Shown one piece after another: positions 57,482 to 64,000 of a stretch of DNA of 64,000 bases. Under the pieces are notes generated by a model. The model was not told the origin of the DNA. It did no database searches and saw nothing but the letters and a program-made list of their open reading frames with translations. A program made the translations under genes and the position numbers. This stretch comes from Oligoflexales bacterium. Lineage in GTDB: Bacteria > Bdellovibrionota_B > Oligoflexia > Oligoflexales > CAIYRB01. How positions within the stretch are numbered: position 1 is the first letter of the stretch; each line of letters starts with the position of its first letter. The stretch is from assembly GCA_041736175.1 (NCBI GenBank), contig JBGSUI010000218.1, positions 28,905 to 92,904 on the forward strand, in the 5' to 3' direction.

Positions 57482-59866
57482 CTATGATGAACGGGCCTGA
57501 TTTTTAACCCATTCGACCTTTATAGAAAACTCACCCCTAAGATACTCTATGTCTTGGCTCCAAACTTGAATTTGACCTGCATAGATCCGCATTTTCGCTA
57601 CGCCACCAACATTTAAAGTATCCAGAGGCACTATAAATTGATTGACTTTCACAGACCCTGAAAGCGATAAAACGCCTGCTTCTGCCCAATCCTGGGGGAC
57701 GACCGCTAAGGTGGTCCAAGATCCTGGCGTTATTGTACTCAGCTTTTGCTGGCTAAGGATCCAGGTTGAAAAATCACTCTTTTCTGTACGGCGAGAGTCT
57801 TCTTTTGGTTCACTTGCAAGCAAACCGTCTGGACTAAACAATGAGCCACCAACTCTAAGGCGCCCACTCTCCCAACAAAGGGGCATATCAACTCCGGCAA
57901 TACAAGGCTTAACTCCACCTTGGATCGTCGCAAAATCATGGGAATGATTTAAGTGCGCTTTTGTATCTAAACCAGATTTTGTCGCCTGAAACGTCATCAC
58001 TTCAGCAGGTATATCCGATCCATTAATCGTAATTTTATCGCCTTGGGTCTCTAAATCTATAATCCCTGGAGGCCCTTGTTCACCGGTCTCGCCTTTAGGA
58101 CCGCGGGGGCCAGCCTGGCCAGCCGGACCGACTGGTCCAGCGGGGCCTGCCTCACCCTTAGACCCTGGAAGCCCCGAGAGCCCCTCGGCACCAGTTTCGC
58201 CCCTTAACCCTTGGGGTCCTTGGGGACCCTGAGAACCCGTTTCACCTTTGGGCCCAGCAAGTCCCGGATCTCCTTTCGGTCCTTCTGGTCCCACGGGACC
58301 AGGCAAGCCCCTCGCTCCCTGTGGACCTTCAGGTCCCTGAGGTCCGAGTGGTCCTCGTTCCCCAAGATCGCCTTTTTCCCCCTTTGGCCCGGCTGGACCT
58401 ACGGGGCCCTGCTCTCCGGTTTCTCCAGGGAGACCTTGGGGACCTCTTAGTCCATTTTCTCCCCGGGGACCTTGAGCTCCTGGGGGACCTGCTTCGCCTT
58501 TTTCGCCCGCTGGACCTGCTGGGCCGGCTGAACCTGCTTCACCATTTGCGCCCGCTGGACCTGCTGGGCCCGCTGGACCTGCTGCGCCTTTTTCGCCCGC
58601 AGGACCAGCTGGGCCCGCTGGACCTGTAGGTCCCGCTGCCCCTGGTGCTCCTGGAGCGCCGTCAGCACCTGCTGCTCCCCGTGGTCCTTGGGGGCCAACT
58701 GTACCTGGAAGACCTGGAGCCCCAGAATCGCCTTTTGGCCCCGATGGTCCAGGGTCCCCTTTGAATCCTTGATCCCCTTGATCACCCTTAGGCCCGATGG
58801 GTCCTATCACCCCTTGGAGTCCTCGGTCCCCTTTATCACCTTTGGGCCCTGGTACCCCGATGGGGCCCACTGGTCCTGGATCACCTTTTTCACCTTTGTC
58901 ACCCACAGTCCCCGCATCCCCCTTAGGACCTGGATCTCCAGTATGACCGCGAGGACCCATCGGACCAGACGGACCATCAAGTCCTCTTTCCCCTCGGATG
59001 CCTTGGGGACCGGGGGCGCCTTCGGGGCCTTTAGGACCAACTCCGCCCTGGGGACCTTCGGGGCCTGGGGGTCCTTGGGGACCCGCTCGCCCGCCGAGAG
59101 GCATATAGAGCTCTGAGAATTGGGTAAAGGATGCCGCCTCAAGCTTGATTTGCATGGTATCGGGGTCTTTGGCTAGCACCTCAGCCGTGAGGGGGATCTC
59201 GCGCCCAATGATGGTCGAAAAATCACACGTATTGTTCATGATCACTCGATGGATTTCGTCACCCCATAGCCGCTTGCCGCTGGCTTTATCCGTGATAGAA
59301 ACCACGTAGGAGACCCCAACCTGGCACAGATCTGGTTGTCCACCGCAGGGACAGGACACTTGAGCATAGATGGGAACCGCTCCCCGAGTGCCATAGGTGC
59401 TCCCATCAAATCTTTTGTGGACTTCGATAGTAGGAGTCAACACCGGTACCAACTTTGGCTCAAACGTATCTAAATGGCCGCTGTCGTTAAGATCGATGCC
59501 GATGATTTTCCCTGCTTCATCTGCCAAGACGCCCATAAAACCCTGGATTCGGTGACGCCCCGGACTGGTTTCGATGATTTGCAGATCTTGAGTGTTTATT
59601 TGAACGACGGACTGATTGCCATCTGTGGTCACAAGCTTTGTCTGCCATCCTGATGGGTTTGAAGCGTTTATTTCAAAATCCACATGATAGAATTGGGTCA
59701 ACGCCCCTCGGGCATTTTGGTAATTTAAGATCAATAGAGAAATAAACAATATCCTTACGATGTCGTGACCTCTCCATGCTTTCATCCATCTGGTGATGGA
59801 TAGGCTCAATTTTTGAAATCCAAGAATCATTTGAATCCCTCGCATTTTGATCCTTTCACTCTTCAA
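57482..59866 (-). CDS. Secreted collagen-like fibre protein
   Basis: Signal-like segment, ~230-aa globular N-region, about 115 uninterrupted Gly-X-Y triplets and a C-terminal head with HLNHSHD. The start codon is uncertain. Confidence 0.9.
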   Translation of the reverse strand: MKSERIKMRGIQMILGFQKLSLSITRWMKAWRGHDIVRILFISLLILNYQNARGALTQFYHVDFEINASNPSGWQTKLVTTDGNQSVVQINTQDLQIIETSPGRHRIQGFMGVLADEAGKIIGIDLNDSGHLDTFEPKLVPVLTPTIEVHKRFDGSTYGTRGAVPIYAQVSCPCGGQPDLCQVGVSYVVSITDKASGKRLWGDEIHRVIMNNTCDFSTIIGREIPLTAEVLAKDPDTMQIKLEAASFTQFSELYMPLGGRAGPQGPPGPEGPQGGVGPKGPEGAPGPQGIRGERGLDGPSGPMGPRGHTGDPGPKGDAGTVGDKGEKGDPGPVGPIGVPGPKGDKGDRGLQGVIGPIGPKGDQGDQGFKGDPGPSGPKGDSGAPGLPGTVGPQGPRGAAGADGAPGAPGAAGPTGPAGPAGPAGEKGAAGPAGPAGPAGANGEAGSAGPAGPAGEKGEAGPPGAQGPRGENGLRGPQGLPGETGEQGPVGPAGPKGEKGDLGERGPLGPQGPEGPQGARGLPGPVGPEGPKGDPGLAGPKGETGSQGPQGPQGLRGETGAEGLSGLPGSKGEAGPAGPVGPAGQAGPRGPKGETGEQGPPGIIDLETQGDKITINGSDIPAEVMTFQATKSGLDTKAHLNHSHDFATIQGGVKPCIAGVDMPLCWESGRLRVGGSLFSPDGLLASEPKEDSRRTEKSDFSTWILSQQKLSTITPGSWTTLAVVPQDWAEAGVLSLSGSVKVNQFIVPLDTLNVGGVAKMRIYAGQIQVWSQDIEYLRGEFSIKVEWVKNQARSS
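58064..59092 (-). repeat. Collagen Gly-X-Y coding repeat (9-bp periodicity, GC-rich)
   Basis: Runs from GRAGPQ to GEQGPPG; near-identical GCTGGGCCCGCTGGACCT units at about 58500-58640. Confidence 0.95.
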
Positions 59867-61082
59867 TATCGACGTTCATGGTAGCATTGCAAAAATCTCT
59901 AAGTACTTCTGAGACACCTTCCCTTGGGCAGTTTTCTAACGTCTTTGGAACGCTCCCATTAGAAATGGGGTTTGCATCCAGATATAAGTATTCGAGGAGA
60001 GTCAATTTTGCCAGGGGCGATACATCGATGATACGATTTCCAGATAACCTTAAATCTTTGATTAAAGTTGTTGAGAGTAGGGGGGTTAAATCTTGAATCA
60101 TATTTTGTGTACCGTCGAGAGCGATGAGTTCCTTATTGCGGGTGATAGTATGGAGGTATCTTACTTGGTTGTTGGCAAAGTTTAGCACATTTAAATGAGC
60201 AAATCCTTCGATCACCACCAAATGTCTAACCTGGTTGTCTCTAAAAGAGAGTCTCTTTAAGATTTGAAAATTTTTGATAGGGGTCAGATCCCAGACCAAA
60301 TTGCCATCGAATGAAAGGTAGTGAAGATTTACCAAAGAAGCGATAGGTTCTAGGTCGCTGACTCGGTTACCACTAAAGTCCAGCCACTTGAGTCCCACCA
60401 ATGTCGAGAGAGGTGATAAATCTTCGATGTCGTTGTTATTGAGAAATAACGTCTTCAGATTTTTCAGTTGTGGGATCATTGTCAAATCGGCGAGCTCGGT
60501 GTTACCTAGATTAAGATAGGTAAGGAGTTTGAATCTTGATAAATCCTCCAGATCTCTCACCATAGTCCCCCATAAAACCAGTGCATCAAGATTCACCAAG
60601 TTGCGAATCGGATAAAGAGACTTTACGGGGTTGCCAGACAAGGTGAGTTCTTTGAGTTGGGTAAGTCTGCCTAGAGGCCGCAAGTCTTCGATCTGATTAG
60701 TCGATAGATCCAGTGTTTTCAAGTTTATAAAACCACTGAGGGGCCTTATATCAGTCAAATGTCTTTCAAAGAGGTCGAGCCGCGCCATGGTCATTAACCT
60801 TTGATGGGCTTGGGTACAATCAGTTGTTTCAGCAATAGTTAAGAGCGCTTCTACCGTCACCCTAGCTGACGCTGAAATCGACTCACTTTGGCACCACTCT
60901 AGAAACGATCCGGGATCATCCCATTCCTCTAGAGTGGATTGTCCAAAAATAGGATTTGAAACACCTATGATCATGGTCCCAAACACCAAAATCAAACCTA
61001 TTATGTTAGCTTTTTTAAAAGACATGCTCATTTTGATTAGTGATTTACGGACTCTTAAGATTCCGTGGATTGTAAGTTCCAT
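59856..61082 (-). CDS. Internalin-like leucine-rich repeat protein, secreted or anchored
   Basis: About 12 22-aa repeats L..L.L..N.I.DL.PL; Cys-containing N-cap (FLEWC...DC) and C-cap (NCP...FC). Confidence 0.92.
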   Translation of the reverse strand: MELTIHGILRVRKSLIKMSMSFKKANIIGLILVFGTMIIGVSNPIFGQSTLEEWDDPGSFLEWCQSESISASARVTVEALLTIAETTDCTQAHQRLMTMARLDLFERHLTDIRPLSGFINLKTLDLSTNQIEDLRPLGRLTQLKELTLSGNPVKSLYPIRNLVNLDALVLWGTMVRDLEDLSRFKLLTYLNLGNTELADLTMIPQLKNLKTLFLNNNDIEDLSPLSTLVGLKWLDFSGNRVSDLEPIASLVNLHYLSFDGNLVWDLTPIKNFQILKRLSFRDNQVRHLVVIEGFAHLNVLNFANNQVRYLHTITRNKELIALDGTQNMIQDLTPLLSTTLIKDLRLSGNRIIDVSPLAKLTLLEYLYLDANPISNGSVPKTLENCPREGVSEVLRDFCNATMNVDIEE

Positions 61083-61310
61083 GATTCAACCCTCTATTAA
61101 AGAAATTCGCCTCTAAAGAATACACCATAAGCCGGTCATCGATCTTTGGATTTTGATTATAACAAATGCACCGGCTTCACCTAAGAGCGCAAAAATGCCC
61201 TGCTGCTTTTCTTTGTTAGAGTCAAGATAACCCACCAAAAACAAAGTTTACTAAACAATATTTATCAAAATATTAAATAATATTTTATGTATTGTCTTCA
61301 GTTTTTTAAC

Positions 61311-61337
61311 TAAATTTTATAAACATTTTGCCGACTC
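61311..61337 (+). promoter_or_regulatory. Putative sigma28 (FliA)-type promoter
   Basis: TAAA-N15-GCCGACTC upstream of the vWA lipoprotein gene. Confidence 0.45.
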
Positions 61338-61411
61338 ATTCAATATAGTTTTTGTGATCATTCAATCACCTTACCCTCGTCACCATGTCTTACAAGACCA
61401 TGGAGGTTCTA

Positions 61412-63538
61412 ATGTCTCAAAGTTATTTAGCTACTTTTGGGGTCTTAACTTTCGTAATTTTAAACGGCTGCCAACCCGTAGAATTTTACGGTTCAAACCA
61501 CAATATCAGAGAAATACGGGTGGTCACATCGGACAGTTTTATTGCATCTGACCTAAAAGAAGCCCAACTGGATTACGACTATGAATATAAAAAATTCTCT
61601 GAGACTCTAACCCTAAAAGCGAAAAGTCCCGCCGAATTTACCTTTAAGCAGCTTTCAAGGGACAAGATCAAAAAAAACTTTATGCAGGGATCAAAAGGTG
61701 ATCTTATACAAGAAAACTTTGCCATAAAGACTCCTGATAAATTGGATCTTCTGCTCGTTATCGACAACTCCTCTTCTATGTCTCCTTACCAAACTCGATT
61801 AGCTTCCGGGCTCATGCCGCTTCTAAGTCACCTAGGCAATACGGACTGGAGGATGATGGTTATCACCACAAGTCCCATTCGCAAACCGGCACCGGACGGT
61901 CGCACCCTTAAGATCTTTGGCTGCCCAAGGCTCAACAAATCTGATCCAGAGGACAAGGCGCTTATCACTAAAAAGGAGTTTGAACAAAATCCCCAACACG
62001 CAATCTCTCGCTTCGAATGGAAAGTGGCTGTGGGCGAAACGGGAGATCCTATAGAAAGAGGGCTCCTTGCTGCCGTCGCAGGGTTAACAGGAGAATGCGG
62101 AGATCCCACCAAATCGTGGGTCAGATCTGATGCCCATAAAGCCGTCCTTTTGCTCACTGACGAAGAAAACTGTGGTAGCGATCCAGACCAAAACTGCGAT
62201 GATAGTCTTGATAGCCACCCTGAGTTTTTTGCGCAACAAGCTCCGTCAGGCACCCAATTTTTTGCGCTTCTTCACGATAAGGACCTCTACAGCGGGTCCT
62301 GTCAAGATGAAGGCTATATCCGTAAACCCGAAGATTACCGCGCTGTCATTGCTGCTACGGGAGGTCTCGAAGGCAATATTTGCGCTCAGAGCTACGATCA
62401 AATTCTCCGCGAGATCTCTAAAAACATCCATCCTGTCAACAAGCTTACCTACCAACTCAAACCCATCTCCGATCGAAGCGAATTAAAGGTTGCTATCGAC
62501 GATATCCCCGCCGAGATTCCGTTTGAAATCATCGATAACACCCTAAACTTCAAGGCACCGCTTCCAAAAGACGCTGAGTCTCTTATGGTTTCCTACCGGA
62601 CCCGCATGATCCCCACCTTTCGCTCCCTTAACATCCCTGACAGCTTTGATCTCACGACGCTCGAAGTAAAAGTCAATGGCGCCAAGTTAGGGCTCGATGG
62701 ATACCGCGTCGAATCCAACAAAGATAAGCCTAACTCCAGTCAAATACTCCATTTCAAAAACCAGCCTCCCGATCTGGCCTCTATAGAAATATCGGGTCAT
62801 AATCTCGAGATCCCACTCCCCCACATTTTTAATATCAGCGAGCAGCTCCCAGAGGACGCCCTTTTGGACACACTGAAGGTCAAGATCAACGGTCAACACC
62901 TCGACAAGGTCTCCTTTGATTCCCAACAAAAGATCTTAGATTTAGGTGAGCCGCCCCGGGATGGGACAGTCTTAGCTGTGAGTTTTGAAACTTCGGAGTC
63001 TAGACAAACTGTCTATCCCATTTTGGCCGTCCATCAGAACGAAAGGATCCAGGACGTCGACATCAAAGACCCAGAGACAGACCAAAACGTAGTTGGAAAG
63101 ATCGAAAACAACGACCTCCATATTGCACCCCATGAGGTGAGAGACGGACGTAAAATCATAGCGAGCTATACCGCTTCCGAAATCTCCAGGGACCTAAATT
63201 TATCTCTGCCCCACGACCCTATCCCTGAGTCTCTCCAATTTGCCGGCAGACCCACAGGATGCATAGCCCTTCATCAAATCTCCCAAAGATCTATTTCATT
63301 TCCTTGTGCCGGCTGGGAGGTAGGCGATTTTAAGTTAAAATATCAGTATTGGGATAAAATCAAGACAGAATTTCCTATCCCAAAATCCTATAAACAAAAC
63401 AACTCTCTAAGAGTCACTCTTAACGGTGTCGAAACATCGGCCTATGAAATCGTCGATGGAAATATCCGCTTTCCCGAGTCGCTCCTTGATGAGGAGTCCG
63501 TCGTTGAGATCTTTGTTGAGAGTTTTGTCTCCTATTAA
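61412..63538 (+). CDS. vWA (MIDAS) lipoprotein with C-terminal beta-sandwich repeats; paralogue of 2327-4672
   Basis: GGAGG RBS before ATG 61412; lipobox LNGC; VIDNSSSM, IERGL, LTDEENC and GNICAQSY; repeated V.VNG..P.DG units. Confidence 0.85.
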   Translation: MSQSYLATFGVLTFVILNGCQPVEFYGSNHNIREIRVVTSDSFIASDLKEAQLDYDYEYKKFSETLTLKAKSPAEFTFKQLSRDKIKKNFMQGSKGDLIQENFAIKTPDKLDLLLVIDNSSSMSPYQTRLASGLMPLLSHLGNTDWRMMVITTSPIRKPAPDGRTLKIFGCPRLNKSDPEDKALITKKEFEQNPQHAISRFEWKVAVGETGDPIERGLLAAVAGLTGECGDPTKSWVRSDAHKAVLLLTDEENCGSDPDQNCDDSLDSHPEFFAQQAPSGTQFFALLHDKDLYSGSCQDEGYIRKPEDYRAVIAATGGLEGNICAQSYDQILREISKNIHPVNKLTYQLKPISDRSELKVAIDDIPAEIPFEIIDNTLNFKAPLPKDAESLMVSYRTRMIPTFRSLNIPDSFDLTTLEVKVNGAKLGLDGYRVESNKDKPNSSQILHFKNQPPDLASIEISGHNLEIPLPHIFNISEQLPEDALLDTLKVKINGQHLDKVSFDSQQKILDLGEPPRDGTVLAVSFETSESRQTVYPILAVHQNERIQDVDIKDPETDQNVVGKIENNDLHIAPHEVRDGRKIIASYTASEISRDLNLSLPHDPIPESLQFAGRPTGCIALHQISQRSISFPCAGWEVGDFKLKYQYWDKIKTEFPIPKSYKQNNSLRVTLNGVETSAYEIVDGNIRFPESLLDEESVVEIFVESFVSY

Positions 63539-63576
63539 GCTCTCTTTGGGCCCACTTTTTTCCAACTGATTCGTCC

Positions 63577-63660
63577 CGGGACAAAGGACGATTTACTTGG
63601 ACAGAAGTCGATGGAACTCGTTGCAACGAAAAGCATAACTTAGAACTGCATCACGTCCAG
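63577..63660 (+). pseudogene. Relic fragment of an HNH endonuclease gene
   Basis: Startless frame RDKGRFTWTEVDGTRCNEKHNLELHHVQ resembles the RD.G.C.....G.RC.....LE.HH motif of HNH nucleases, with the first Cys replaced by F. Confidence 0.55.
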
Positions 63661-63796
63661 ACGATACACTGCCTTTACCTTCCCGGTTAAATTTGGCCAC
63701 CTGAATAAAAAATGTTCAGTAATACATTGCGGTTGTCCCAGTCACTGGGAAACTCGGGGAAAATTTACCTGCTTTCAGAACGTTATCGAATTGAAT

Positions 63797-63824
63797 TAAA
63801 GTATATTTTATGATATACCGATAA
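63797..63824 (+). promoter_or_regulatory. Putative sigma28 (FliA)-type promoter
   Basis: TAAA-N16-ACCGATAA, followed by an AAGGAG RBS. Confidence 0.45.
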
Positions 63825-63842
63825 TACAAGGAGTGTGGCTGC

Positions 63843-64000
63843 ATGTTTGACGGCTTTACAGTGCAATTAAGTACCTGGGTGAAAACAAAGCTAGAAGCCC
63901 GCGGCCTTACCCAACTCGAAGTGGAAGAGGTCATCTATTGCGACGACCAACCAACCAAGCAGACTGACCCCAGGCATGTGCCCCCCGAAACCTGGCGTTT
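63843..64000 (+). CDS. Partial gene, BrnT/DUF497-like toxin candidate
   Basis: AAGGAG RBS, then MFDGFTVQLSTWVKTKLEARGLTQLEVEEVIYCDDQPTKQTDPRHVPPETWR...; the KL..RG....EVEEV...D.RH..E pattern is BrnT-like. Truncated by the window edge. Confidence 0.5.
   Translation, partial: MFDGFTVQLSTWVKTKLEARGLTQLEVEEVIYCDDQPTKQTDPRHVPPETWR

Noticed and set aside
58064..59092. GC-rich repeats as a possible CRISPR array or VNTR element
   Set aside because: The periodicity is 9 nt, in frame with Gly-X-Y codons; there are no constant repeats with unique spacers and no cas genes.

Overview
Bacterial chromosomal window. Its gene content suggests a Bdellovibrionota/Oligoflexia-like predator or a related deltaproteobacterial lineage (inference): vWA lipoproteins, AgmX/PglI-type and TolQ/ExbD-type gliding components, a trypsin-like lipoprotein and sigma28-type promoters. 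Housekeeping genes include rph, secA, rmlBACD, rnj, fadI/fadJ, glpD, corA, a type-2 ileS and an ABC-F ATPase. They are interleaved with many secreted or lipoprotein genes: three MIDAS/vWA lipoproteins, a GH5 + GH9-CBM3 glycanase pair, a diheme cytochrome c lipoprotein, an LRR protein and a collagen fibre of about 115 triplets. Main candidates for new biology: (1) a translationally coupled ParA-like ATPase + HEPN RNase cassette in a small accessory patch that also holds IS200/IS605-type right-end relics and an internally deleted AAA/DUF4143 gene; (2) a TolQ-ExbD-ExbD-GltG-like motor operon in which both ExbD-like subunits lack the canonical proton-accepting Asp; (3) an apparently catalytically dead M1-peptidase fold fused to an Omp85-like barrel at the end of the fadIJ operon; (4) a densely structured, pseudoknot-like leader upstream of ileS. 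I found no CRISPR array, tRNA, rRNA or intact transposase/integrase. Family calls come from motif recognition by eye; no database searches were run.
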